Assembly (NCBI GenBank): GCA_021613535.1
Contig: CP075494.1
Span: 8,804,001 to 8,868,000 of the forward strand
From: Adineta vaga
Lineage: Eukaryota > Animalia > Rotifera
Length of the DNA stretch: 64,000 nucleotides
Direction: 5' to 3'
Every line of letters begins with the position of its first letter. The stretch's first letter is position 1. Both the position numbers and the translations under genes were made by a program. Positions 12,954 through 27,137 of the stretch are shown one piece after another. The notes below the pieces were generated by a model. That model saw nothing but the letters and a program-made list of their open reading frames with translations. It was not told the origin of the DNA and ran no database searches.

Positions 12954-14457
12954 TTAAACATGATTTTCGATTGTTTGTTTTCGTTTTTGTTTTGATGACG
13001 GTTGCCTATTCATTGCTCGACGTCGATTTAATGATACAACGGATCGTTTTCGTTGTGTCGGATGATCTGATTCAGAATCTTCAATCGTAATATCATCATT
13101 ATTACCTATATTCCATGTCATACCTGTTGTCATCTGTTGACTGTTAGTCGTCGTTTGATATGAACGTCTTTTACGTTGCTTTCTTCTTGTAGTATAGGAA
13201 GTTCTCGAAACATTGTATTGACGATTCGTATTAAAACAACGGCGAAAACCATCGAAAAGTCTTGTAGATAATAATTGTTTTCCAGCTGAAGATAAACGTG
13301 TATCAAATACAGTCACAATCAAAGGATCAAGAAGAATATTTAGACATTTTGTTACTTGAAAAGCGTCTTTAAGATGAAGATTTTTTCTATAAAGTGTCAT
13401 TAGCTCAGCTGGTAACCAAAAAACGGCAAAATTCAAGAAGAGAAAAAGAATTTGTGTAATGAGATTTTTTCGTATGTGAAGATGTCGTTTAAAAGCTCGA
13501 TTAAAACGTCGTTGAGTACGAATTAAATCCGTATATATGGTTACATAGCAAGCCAATGAAATTGAAATTGGTAGGAAAAAAATATTACCTAAAGAGATCA
13601 TTTTATAGATTGAGAAAATTTTGAAAATGTTTACCAAGTCTATAAAATATATAGAGAGCTTCCATATTTGATTCATATGTATAGGAAATTTGACATTGAT
13701 TTGTTGTTTCATGTTGAGTTATTTTCAAAATATTCAAATAAACTAATACAAATGTTGGAAATATCAATGTTATCATTGGCATAATCCAAAGTGAACTGAT
13801 CATAAAAGCACTCCTACTATTCGATCGTTCGGCTTGATTATTTAAATTAACAAAATGTCGACGACGATAAATTGATATAGCTGTTAAACTATATGACATC
13901 AATACAGTTAGATATAGTGATGCATAAACTTGAAATTGACAATAAAGATAACCACTAAATGATTTTAATCGTAATTGACCTGATAAATGTATAATAACAT
14001 AAATAATTTCATATAAAAGATTAAGAAAATCAACAAGTAAATAATTTGATGTCCAAATTAAACTTCTTAAATGTTGTCGACGTCGTTGTCTTCGACTACG
14101 AGAATTACCTCCCGAAACAGCTGTATTTGTACTAATACGTATCATAGTTAATTCAATAAAAAGAATTAATACAATCGCATATAATGGTAATGTTAAACTT
14201 AGAATACATAATTCTATACAACGCATAATATATGTAAATGGTGATTTGAACATGAAATATTTATTGGAAAAAAATAATGTTGTCGGTGGTGTTGTTGTTG
14301 TTGTTGTTGAAGGTACTCGTAGATAAGGAAATATTCTTGTTGAATTAAATAAACGAAAAAATGGACTAGCTGTTGTACTATTGAATAATTGACGTGAAGT
14401 TAAATCATCCAGAATGTGTAATGGAAAACTTGTCCCATTCATATTTGTTACCATCAT
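12954..14457 (-). CDS. Divergent orphan rhodopsin-like 7TM receptor (two exons, 46-nt intron 13589-13634)
   Basis: The two ORFs join across a GT..AG intron (FYRLG/NIFFLP). Seven hydrophobic segments, N-glycosylation sites NGT and NST, a TM3 Cys and ECL2 Cys, TM6 FWLP and TM7 LDPLI. Confidence 0.75.
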
Positions 14458-15179
14458 ATCATTGTTTTGAAAATAATCGAACAAATTCGTAGAACGAAAC
14501 AAAAAAAATAGAGGCTCGTTCTTTGTCTTTTTGAAGAGTAAGAAATACTATAATGAATGTTGTGTGATAGGTATAGTACATTCATATACTTGTAACCCAT
14601 CTCGGTTTCACATGAGAAAGAAACAACAACTTTCGTTTCCTTAGAATAGATGATGAAATTGAAACCAAAACGAACTTCATCGTACTGTTTGTTTTATTAC
14701 GACAGAATCAAGAAACATTACATTGACTCTGAAAATAGTAACAATTGAACCTTGAAAGCAGACGAATCTATCATTCATATTTCATTTCATTTCAATTATT
14801 TTCGTGTCTTATTGATTTCTCATAATTGGATGACATTGTAATTCATTCTATTGATATATTCAATGGTAAATTTTGCGTCTACATCGTATTAAAAACGATA
14901 CAGAAAATACAAGAATTACAATCACACAATAACTTCTATTATTTTATATGAATTTCTAGATATCAATGTTTACAAAAACTTCAATTTGGTCACGATTAGG
15001 AGCATTTTGAAAAATAACCGGAAAAGTCGTACTAGTTCTTTTTTCACTCAAAACAAATAGAAAAAGAAAACAAAATAAAACGAAACAAGATAATCTTCAT
15101 GTCACACGAAATAATAATACATAGGCACTATTAAATACAACGATTCAAGGAAAGAAGAAGAAAAAAAGCAATCACTTCT

Positions 15180-16602
15180 CTACGGTTTAATGTCACTCTC
15201 AATCATAACAGCACGATTGAATGCATCATTTAAAGTTGATAAATCATCTCGTGTACGAATTTGTCTATTAACAGCTTCACTAATTCGTTGCATACGTAGA
15301 TATATTCCATTGAGATTCGAAAATATACGAATTGCTTCCATATCTCCATGACGATGTGTTAAATAATTCCATAATAATGTTGTATATGAATTTTGAATTT
15401 GTATAATAACTCTTCGGCGACTAGCGGATATATCCGGTAGAGAATAATCCACATAACAATGAAGCGGACTAGAAAAAAATAAGATAAGAAGCCAAAGACG
15501 TGTGACCACCGGATCAGTTATTAGAATCTGTTCGGCTCGTTTACGTGTACCGAGCAGTTCAGGAAAAAGATTACTACCACAGATATATTCCGCAGCACGA
15601 TTATCGTAGATTAACTAAACAAAAGATTTGATACAGATGAGAAAAAAAAACATTTTCTTTTACCTGCCAAGGTTCAGAATAACATTGCTGATCAAGTTCA
15701 TGTGAATTAAGTAAAATTAATGGACGAATATTATGTTTACATAGATATATTCGATCATCTTTTGGAAGAGATTTAACTGTTGGAATAGTGGAAATAAATA
15801 ATATGAAAGATGTCATTTTATTGACTGTTGTTGTTGCATGATAATCTATGTTAAATTGTGCTTCATCTGTAACATTGGAGAGAATATTTAATGTGTTCAT
15901 ACGTTCTTGTATATAATGTTTTAAACATTGCGAATCATACATAGATACTATATTTGATACATGCATCCAATCTATTTCATTTAAAAGATCACTTTTTGAT
16001 ATGATTTGCTAGAAAAAAAGAAATGAATATTTTGCGTTTAATTCCTTTGAAATTATTTCAAAATTTACTTTGGAAATAATCGATTGAGTTTCCGAACGAT
16101 CTTCATGTATTAATTGTTTACGACGTCGTCGATTGGTTTCTACTAATTGTCGATATCGTTGATTTTCTTCATCAGTACGAACTAATTCTTCTTTCATTCC
16201 CATAGCAAAACAACGACGTAATCGACATGATGAACAATAACGAACTTGTGAACAAAACTGATCTGTACCATTCTGCTCATCACCATTCATATTTATAGTT
16301 GTGGATTCTTGAAATGGACATGTTGTTTGTAAAAGCTAAAAATAATCATTTGAATATGTTTGTTCATTCAAAATATCTTACGTCTTTTCTTCGAGCATTT
16401 CGACGAAAAAAAGCTAAAATATTATGAAATCTTGTTATACAACGAATGAAAAAACATCTTTTCCTTTACCTTTACATGGTGCACATGTTGGTGCACCAAA
16501 ATTAACTCCAATGGCTTTCGAACCACATATAACACATTCATGTTTTGGCCACCATGCTCGATGTTTTGGATGATAAATTACTGTTGATGATTGAGACAAC
16601 AT
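15180..16602 (-). CDS. Nuclear receptor, NR1I/J (VDR/HR96)-like, copy A
   Basis: C4 zinc finger [29 protein letters not shown], then CSSCRLRRCFAMGMKEE, and LBD-like segments (FISTIPTVKSLPKDDRIYLCK; YTTLLWNYLTHRHG). Confidence 0.88.
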
Positions 16603-17646
16603 TTCATTCTAGAAAGAAAAACAACGAATCGTTTTACTATTTCTTCTTCTTGTTTTGTTTCTAAACAACAGAAAATTCTTTCAAAATTTTTATTTGATAT
16701 ATTATGTATATCATGTTGACTTTTTTTCCCATGTGATTACGTATGAACCAATCAAAATCTTTCAATTCGGTACATTTTAAAAGTGGGACATGGATAGTTT
16801 GTTCTTCGAACGACTAAGACAGATTTAGATAGAAATATACAATTGTAGACTTGAAATTGATTAAAAATGAATTATAACATACGGTAGATTGAATTTCATT
16901 CGATCTGTGAAATTATATGAAAGCACGTGATCAACCAGAACTTCACCGGGCGTTTTTGTTTTTGTTATTATCTTATTTGTCGTGAATAAATATCTAGAAC
17001 AAAGAATAAAAATTTTTATTTTACATCATTTGTTGATATAAGAAGAAAAAAAACTAATTATTTTCAAAGTTAAAAACAGCCTTTGTTCTCAAAACATCCA
17101 ACAAAACAAAAAATATAGAGATCTCATAAATTCTATTGGTAAATCGCATATTTTTTTATCAAAATAATACTGAAATTTTCTCATTAAAATCAATAATGAA
17201 AGTCCAAACAATCACAAAGATTGACGATCGATCATTTTTCTTTTTTTTTTGCAGCTCTATAAAATTCTTCGTATAGCTTCCGTACATAACCTTACCCCGC
17301 GCTATATTTTTTCATTCAGACTATTCTTTTTTTTCTGTTCTGTTTTTTTTTCTACCTCGTCCCCTTATTTTCTTTTTCTTTGCATAGGAGAGGGAAAAAA
17401 AGCAAGCATTAACGATTATTATTAGTATCATTCTTATTATTCGACAGATTAATAACACATTCAAACATGTAAATAGAAACACGAAATTCGTTTCATTTTC
17501 TTTTCATTCGAACTAAATATAAATTATTTGGCGTTATCTATCATTGAAAAATTTTTTTCTTTATACAACCGTAAACTAGCGCTACCATTCGACAAGTATC
17601 ATATAGTTGTTCGTATTGACTTTTCATAGTATTTTATTATTTTTTT

Positions 17647-19017
17647 TTAACTATCTTTTATGTCTAACGTTAATAATTGATTTAGCACTTTATGTGTATC
17701 AGTTAGTTCATGTCTTGTTCGAACTCGTAGACCGATATCAAATCCTACACGTTGCATTTTTAAATAAACTAATATTAAATTTGAATAGATTTGAACTGCA
17801 TTTAAATCACCATAACGATGTAAAAGATAATTCCATAGAAGAATAACATAAGCATCCTGAATAACACGAATAGCTGTTTTTTTCTTGGGAATTTTAAATG
17901 TTGGTCGAACATCATACAGACAGAAAAGTGACGAAGAAAAATAGAGTACTACCATCCAAAGACGTGTAATTACTGGATCTGTTATTAATTTTTGTTCAGC
18001 TAAATTTTCGATGTAAACAAATTGTTCATATAATTCATCACCACATATAAATCTCCATGTTGATGCATCAAACGAAGTCTAAAAATAACAAGGTAAACAC
18101 ATCATCTTTCTCTAGACAAATTATCTTTTTATCTACCTGCCATGGTTCTTTAAAACATAATTGATTTAATTCAAATGTATTTGGAAAAAGTAATGAACGA
18201 AGATTATTTTTACATAAGTAAGTCTGATTCATATGCGACAATGATCGTGTAGCTGGTAATGCATGAAGGAATGCAAAGAGTGCCATAGTTATACTCATGG
18301 GTAATACAGTAGAAGGTCGTAAAGATAGATTTTTATTTTCTAGAAATGTATCATTCATCGGCATGATTGATCGTTGATGAAGATATGTTGTTAAACAATA
18401 TGTTTCATAAGCAGAAATAATGTTGGATATATGACACCAATCTGATTCGCTTATTAACACGTTTTTGTTTGTAATAAACTAAAGAAAGAGAGATTTAGGA
18501 AAAGAATAAGCGGAGAGATAATAATTACCTGTGGAATAGATAATTGTTTTTGTTGTTGTTTTTTTCGAAATAATTGACGTCTTCGTCGATTATTATCGAC
18601 CAGTTGTTTATGTCGAATATTTTCTTCATTCGTCCGAACTAACTCTTCTTTCATACCCATAGTAAAACAACGACGCAATCGACAAGATGAACATCGACGA
18701 ATTGCGCAATAAGAAATGTTTTCATTTTTAGTCGAACAATCGTCAACACCATGTAAACATGATGTTTCAAAAATCTAAGTTAGTCATTTTCTTTTTGTTT
18801 ATCAACATCAAAAAACCATTTCAATTCATCTTACTTCTTTTCGTCGAGCATTTCGACGAAAAAACGCTAAAATATCACAATCTTGTTATAAAATTAATCA
18901 AACATGCCTTCCTTTACCTTTGCATGGTGCACATGTTAGTACACCAAAGTTAATTCCAATCGATTTCGCATTACATATGACACATAAACGAATTTCTTGA
19001 TTGTTACTCATTGACAT
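17647..19017 (-). CDS. Nuclear receptor, NR1I/J-like, copy B (tandem paralog of copy A)
   Basis: [29 protein letters not shown]...CSSCRLRRCFTMGMKEE and YVILLWNYLLHRYG. Same intron positions as copy A. Confidence 0.88.
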
Positions 19018-20948
19018 TGCTTGAAAAATGTCTTTCTGGAAATATTTTAGGTTATTTCTTACTAGGTAATAGTATCATGTCGAGAACAATTTATTAAATT
19101 ATATATTGCTGAAAAGCGATGATAGAATACACCGTATATTTAAACTAAATGAACTTATGATGAAAAGTCTTCACTTGTCTATCCAAAGTCAACTCAAAGG
19201 TAACGCAACTTTTTAAGTCAGATCTACTTTCCAAAGATTCTGAATTCATCTTATGATAGAAGTGATTACGTCTTTCTGCTAAGAATAGAATGCATATTTA
19301 TTTTGTCATGTTCTCAAGAGTGACTTCATCATAGGACAGAAATAATTGTACTTACGGGTGATTTTTCAATCGTGTCACTATACGATGAATTCATTGTAGT
19401 GAAGTTTTCTTACTAAATGAAATTGATTTATTATTCATAAAACAAACCGACAAGTTTAATAGCAGAAATAGAAAAGGAGATAACTCTGATGAGTATTCTG
19501 AAAGCGAGAAAATTAGTTTTACATTCAAGATAAAAATTGTCGTTATATATAGAGACAAGTTATTAACGTTCATTATCAGAAAAATTACTTTCAACATACT
19601 TATACTCCGTCACATTGAAAATTATACACTCGTCTCGCAATCTACATGACATGTTTGTCTTTTTATATCTCAGAGAAAAGTGTTCGCAAAATGCTTTTTT
19701 TAACATCAAATAGTAGATGATGTTATCATGCACAACTGCATATATAATTGATCATTAAATAGTAAACAAATCTTTTTCTCAAGTAAAAATTCAAAAGAAG
19801 AAAAAGACCAATGACGAAATTATTCAAGTAAAATTCATACTACTGGCTTAATCTTCTCCTATGATTATGAAAAAAAAACACATTGTTTACCTTATAAACT
19901 TCTTTCTCTAAACATCATCATGATTTACCATGTTTAATTTCTCTATTTTCTCTCGTCTGTTGTATGTGTACTGATTATAAACAGATCAAAGTACACAACA
20001 ATGGTTTAACTGTAAATGTTTCAATTACAACAGACAAACTTTACTTATTTTCTCCTCACTTTTAACGTGTGTTTGCCATAGAAATATTCAATGAAAAACT
20101 AGATACACAATCGGAAATTATCTTCTTAACACTAGTTTAGATGATAGTCGATGAAAAGTGATATATTTCTTAGATTGTGTTCAGTTTCTTCAATTTTCCT
20201 TCTAGTAGACTTAAAATATTTATTGATGATGTCGAAGTTTACTAAGTCGATAGAATATATAGGTCAAAATAAAATTAAAAAAACATTTCTTTTTTCTTTT
20301 TCTTATGAATCAAACACATTATATGTTGCAGGAAAGAATTACTTTTCTCAATGTCAACGAAGTTTGTTGATGAAAACATTATCATAGCATGGCAATTAAC
20401 TCAGACAACGATGCGTACGTTTCTGACATATTCATTTGAGAAAATTTTGATGAAGAAAATAGTCTAGAAAAAGAAGTAACGAGGTATAACCTGATTAAGA
20501 AGAAACCTTTATTTATCATCTAAGTAAATGCGTTTTCATAAATTATGCTACTTATTAAAGATTGTGTCCTGTTATAGCTCTATGCACTTTCATTTTTCTC
20601 ATACAGTTCGTCATGTTTTAGAAAAATTCAATGAAAAATATATCTATCAATTATATACCACCTGTGAATCGATAGTACTCATGAAGAAAATTCAAACAAG
20701 TGATTCTGCAACGTTATTTTCCCCATTTATAATATTGTACGACGGAAATAAATAAAAACATGACTTTTCTTAAGGCAGGAAATATCGATCCAGACTTCCA
20801 GGTTATCAGTACATTAGTCTGATATATAGTTCCTATTCATCCTAATTTATTCGAAAAGTGAATTGCGTAAAAAAGAAATGATTGAATGTATTCATTTGAC
20901 CGCCATAAGATAATTAGATGTGCATAGAGAATAATTATTTCTTTTGTC

Positions 20949-21733
20949 ATGGATGACACTGAAGATGATCATCTTACTAATCTTTCATGGTTGAAATTTT
21001 CGAATAATAGTGAATCACAATCTACAGGTGAATAAGATGAAGAATTTGTTGAGTTTTTCAAAGATAATCGATATTTTAGTTGAATGTTCAAATAATTCGA
21101 TTGATGATGAATTACAATGTCTTTGTTGGATTGTTAAAATGCGACCTAATTCATATCCTTCTCATTCATTGAAAGTAAATGAATTGTTTTAGAGAAATAA
21201 TATACATTATTCATCTTTATAGAGATTATCATCTACAATACATAGAAACAAATATTTCTATCAATCGAATCAATTAAATTATTCTTCAAATCGAATGAAG
21301 AAATCTACAATTGATAATAGAATAACAAATGAGTAAGTTTATCATGCGAGCCTTGATTAGTAGACAATCTTGAGAAAGATGCAGAATTGTATAATATATA
21401 AATATATATATATACCTTCTATCGAAGAAGTTAGTTAATATATGTTTCATTGACATTCTGATTTGTTCGATTGTTAGTAATTCAACATCACGTCGTATAT
21501 TAATGGTACGAACATTGAACAATCATGTATCAACAACAGAATTTTATCAACAATCTCTCATTCTTATTCGTTCATTGAATGGTCAAATTTCATGTTTATT
21601 CATACGTCATTCTGGAATGATAGACGAGATGAAGTCGAGAGAAAAAGAAACTTTATTTCGTTTATTTTTCCATGCAAAATATGATACATTTGAAATTGAT
21701 CATAAAACAAAAACTAAAAGGAGAAGAAAATGA
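20949..21733 (+). CDS. Small four-exon orphan protein with two DDxL(T/Q)xLxW motifs
   Basis: ATG 20949 opens MDDTEDDHLTNLSWL. Phase-compatible GT-AG introns join DDELQCLCWIV, RLSSTIHRNK and the 21503-21733 ORF. Confidence 0.5.
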
Positions 21734-21836
21734 GTTTGTCACCGGATAATTCAATCGAGTTACTAAAATAAAAATAAAAATCAAGATATCAATATTTCGA
21801 AATGATTTTCCTTCAATTTTACCGTAATATCATTAT

Positions 21837-24800
21837 TTATAAATGTGAAATCGAATTACCAATTATCATTTTATGATTTTGTTTCATATCATCAGTATTT
21901 AAATCGATTAATTTAATTGGTAAATGATCTTGTTCATCGTCTGAATCACTAAAACAATCAAAGTCTTGTTTAGGTATGTGAACTATGTTTGAAAACATCA
22001 AAACATACGGTGTTCGTATTGAGGTTATAATACGATTTTGTAAACGTCGACGATGTGCATGTGAAGAATGATCTAATGATGAACTACGTTGTTTGATTTC
22101 AGCTAAAAGGAAATCTTAGTTGATTTAATTAATCAATCTTTCATTATAATCCTGTCAATGTAATTGACCTCGACTTTCTATTCTTTTTGTATCAATGCTA
22201 TTTCACCATGTGTTTGTTGATAAAATGATACAATTACAGAAAGGATGTAGCTACATAAACATCATTATTTTAGATGGTAGGATGGCAAAGAATTTCTCTT
22301 ATCATAACATACACACATTTCGTACGAGATAGAATTCAATCTGTTCAGATTTATTCATTACAAATCATTTGAGTATATATGTAGATCACGAATGATTTAA
22401 TGATCAAAATAAAAACTAAGCTCGAACTGCTTCTGTCTTTCGAAATTATCGAACATACCTCGTCGTTGTTCTGTTTGTTTTGTTACACAATTCTTAATTG
22501 TATCAATCCAACGTATACTGATTTCTTCAATTGTTTCTGCATTCGATGGAAACTAAAAATACGAGAGTTAAATTCATTCCTTATGATGACGATGATGATT
22601 CAATGAGATTTACTTGAATTATATATGAATAATCTTTTAGTACAATTTCAATTCTTTTTCGATCATTTTTTGGATGTGTACATACTGCAATATCAACAAT
22701 CTGGAAAGAAAACTACTTGAAATATTGTTTGTTCGATATCATTTACTTTGATGGTTTCTTTAAATTGATATTGAATAGATTTGCCATTTCCTTCATCTCT
22801 TTTCTTACATAATAATATAACACGTTCGAAGAGAAAGATATCTCGTGTACTTGTTTTTGTTCGCGTGTAAACTGTTCCACGACGTTTTTCTTTAGATATT
22901 ATACAGTTTTCAGTACGCAAACGCATTTGGCCCAAACTATTGAAATTGTCCTTGAAAAATAGATCGATAAAACATAACAAACAAGAACTAAATATCATCC
23001 TTACAGGATAACCAACAATTTGTGTTAAATGCATTACATCGTTCAGATGTGATAAGATATTTAGCATAACGGAAAGTGCATCTTGCAAATGAATTCGTTC
23101 TTGTTCTTGACGAGTATATTTAATCATTTCCTACGAATAGAATATAAACATGAAAGTAGACAAAGATTTGGATATTACTTTAAGTAAAAGTTGATATTGT
23201 GTTATTCGTTGAATAGGTTTTAGTAAATACGAATCGAGTGGAAGACGATGATGAAGAGATTGTTGAATTTTCTAAAGGTAAATTTAGATTAATTCAGAAA
23301 AGATTTGTAAAAGTTATTTACGATAAAAAATGAATGACCAGAACAATATTGTTCCCAGATACGTTCAGATTGACATTTGTTCAAAACATACTGTTCATAT
23401 AATTGAAAATTTGATTTCTAAAAAGCACAAAAGAGATCATTCTACTCTTTCCAATACAAAATCTTACCCGTTTGATAAAACATGAAGCAATTGCACTTCC
23501 AATTGAACCTGGATTGATCAAAATGGAATTGGCATAAATTTGTTGAAGATCACGAAGAAATACTCTATCGAATTTGATCATTCATAGAACTATAGATTAT
23601 CAAACAAAATTCTAATTACCTATCATGAAATGCATAGATATCAGGTAAGTTAGAGAAAAGAACTGATTTATTCTGAGATATCATTGGAGATATATAACGA
23701 GTAATTCAGGATCATCAAATTTAACCATATAACCCTACGAATATTTATATATATATATATATGTCGATAGATTTACTAGAAAAGAAATCAATATTTACTT
23801 CAATTATTGTTCGTAATTCTTCGACATAAACTTGTTCAGTAACAAGAAGTTCTGTAACTACATGTCTATCAAAAACAAATCTCATGTATAAGTTGATTAG
23901 AAAAGCATTGTTTACCTTTGTTTCTTATCCATTTTTATGTTGGATTCATTTGTTGAAATCGATGTTAGATGCGAATCCATATCCAATGATGAAAGATGTT
24001 GTTGTCGTCTTAACATCGGTGTTGATGTATTAACAAGATTCGATGGATCATTTTGTTGATAGGATAATGGACAAACACGTTGAATAGGTCGAGATATAGG
24101 CATAGCTAGTTGACGAAGTTGTCCACATCTTTTTTCACATAGATCTCGTACATCATTAACACGATGAAAGACTTGAATAATCATAGACTACAAAAAGAAA
24201 ATCGAAGGAAGATGAGATCAAATTATCTATTATGGAACAAAAACATAAGTAATCGTAGAAATTCGATCTATTTTCGTCTATGTTTATAAATGAGAAATCT
24301 TTTTTGTTGAATCTTCGATATATAATTGATTCGAACGAAAAACAAATGTAGGTTACATCTGTTAGTATAAGAAATAGATAATTAGTTATGTTTTCAGTTT
24401 TTCAAAATTGAAGAAGATTTTTCAAGAAAATTTTTATACATATAGATATATCTTACACGAAGTGGTTCTGTTGCAGATGTATGTTGTAATTCTTCGATAT
24501 TCATTGTTGATAAATCAGTAAGAAAATATTCAAGTTCAGCTAGTGATCGCATAGCTTTTTCATTCGATAAATGTATCGGATGCATTGCTAACATGTCTTT
24601 CCCACGTAAACACCAATCATTAATCTAAAATCAATATCATTGTATAAGATTTCGAATGAAACATTCGCCTATTTGTCTTACTTACAGAACTAAGTTTATC
24701 AATATATAATTTTAAGATTTTTAAATTCTGTCGTTTTTCATCAATTTGTTTGACTAATTTTTGTTTCATAATTTCTAATTCTTGACGTTTCGGTTCAATA

Positions 24801-27137
24801 GTATTCGTTTCATTGAATGTCGATTGTTGTTTCTGTTGTTCCATAATCAAGGCAAGGCCATCATTTGTCAATAGAGTACTATGATTAATCATCGTCTAGA
24901 GATATACAGAACTTAATATATGCTAAAATAACATCAATTGATATTATTACTTCTGTTCGTTGCCAAAGGTCATCAAGTTGAATTGATATTTGATCAATAT
25001 CTTCTTTACAGTTGTGATTATTATTAGTAGTAGTTGTCGTAGATCGATACGAATCGGAAACAAGGAAAATTGTATTTATATCAGGTGATTCCTGAAATTC
25101 ATGAGTTAATTGTTGAAAATTCGTTTGAATTTCTTGAAAACGTTGTTCAAAATGACGTAAAGCAAGACAATGATTTAAACGTGTTTTATGTCTTGACCAA
25201 AATTGTAAAAGAATTGATTGAATACAATCAAGATGTGTTAAAGTACTAGAAAAAAATATTGATTTCTTTATAAAAGAAGAGAGAAGAAAAAAGAAGAATT
25301 TCTTCTTAACATGATGTATACACTTACTCAAGACATGCACGAGCATGTGCCGATCGATCTGGTGATAGAATACGTTGATGTTGAATATCATTATTCTTGT
25401 CAAGTATGTTATGCTGAGATGATGATGATGACTGTTTATGCTCTTGGCGAATAATACATAAAAGTGACTGACCCCACCTAGAATGTATGTTTCGAAGGAC
25501 AGAATAAAGCAAGAGAGTAAGTATGTCGAAAGAAATGATGATGATCAACATCGAGATACATATATATATATGTATATATATAGTCATTTAGTGTAAAGGG
25601 ATAGAAAAAAAAGAAAGAAAAGAAAAGAAAGAGAACAATATAACATACTATATGATACAAATGTTGTACATGTTAAGATTATAGGAGATATATATTTTAT
25701 TATAAAACTTGTTTACTTACGTTTGAATTCTTCGCAATTCATGTTCAAGTTCATTTTTTTGTGTTAAATGTTGTATAAGAATTTTTTGTGTCAATTCAAC
25801 AGCATCAGGAAATTCACTTTGATCGCAAAATTTTATAAATATAGAAACCATTTCACTAAATTCATATACTGATTGAGTTAATTTTTCAATAATCTTAACA
25901 AAGAAGAAGATAAGCCTGATTAGAAATCTTAATGAACAAGTATTACAGCTCGTTGTTCAATCCAATCAAATAGACGAAAATCAATAAAACCACCTAAATC
26001 TTTCGATAATTGACTTGGATGGATATATTCATGTAATTCTGCTAAACTTTCACAAATAATCAACTAAAAAATGATCATATAAATTCTAAAAAATAGATCT
26101 TTTTCATATAAACATACCGAATGTGTTGAAATTTTGTTACTTAAAATTATGAATTGAGATAAAGCTCGTTGCATCCATGAACTGGGTCGAAGTAGATAGA
26201 TCGATTGAATTGAATAAGGAAAATAATTCTATGGAAGACGAAGAAAACAAATGTGTATTCGTTGAACATTTTGGTTTACGTAACTTATCGATACTAAGTA
26301 AAGAAATTCTTTCTGAGGTTTCTATTATGTTTTCATTACACTTGAAGAGATTGACTCATACATACATTACTGTTATACGATTGGTTTATTCAAAATACGA
26401 TGGATTCTTCGAAAACTATCAATCATTATCTACCTCAATATGCGTCAAAATCGATTTAACAGTCATCCATCGATCTGATCGTCGATCAATAATAATAATA
26501 AAGCCAAGTTGACGTTCATGTTCACTGAAATGATTAAATATATACACAATAAGATATATCATTAAAATCTACCTTGGTATTTGAGTTAAATATGTAACCA
26601 ATCTTTTATATTTTCCTTGGGTTAATTCATTAAATGGATTGTCTGGAAAAGTTAAAATTGGACAATTTTCACTTGTTCCACCTGTAAGAAATGCAAATCT
26701 TTCATTTAATAAATCTGCGATGGATAAAACATCAATGGATTTGTCTGGAGAGTTACATTCTATGAAATAGAAAAGCAAATACTGAACTATTCAATAAAAA
26801 ATCATACCTAAAGATAAATAAAAGTTTTGCAATTCATTTTCACTATACAAATTCATGATTTAACTAACAGTCAAATGAACACTGTCTATTCTACTTTATA
26901 GACATTGTAGAAAAAAGATGTTTATTCAAGAAAACAAATATACAATAATTATAGATGAACAATTTTACCTTCTATAGATTCAATAATATCATATTCAGAT
27001 GTATCGAATGAGTTGTGACGAATAATTATTTCTTGATTATCTTCTTGAGAATCTTCACGTAATGTTGATAATCGAGTAAAATATTCGAGATTAAAAAATC
27101 GACCAAAAGAATGTTGTGTCGTATTCGATTTGCTCAT
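21837..27137 (-). CDS. MCF2L: DBS/MCF2L-like RhoGEF (Sec14, spectrin, DH and PH domains), multi-exon
   Basis: Sec14 start ERFAFLTGG..CPILTFPD, IIIDRRSDRW, DH motifs ELLVTEQVYVEEL and LPLDSYLLKPIQRITQYQLLL, PH motif RDIFLFERVILLCKKR. Both termini are approximate. Confidence 0.85.

Noticed and set aside
13589-13712. Apparent frameshift between the two GPCR ORFs
   Set aside because: Explained by a canonical 46-nt GT-AG intron.
26177-26512. Plus-strand 111-aa ORF
   Set aside because: Antisense shadow of a RhoGEF Sec14 exon.
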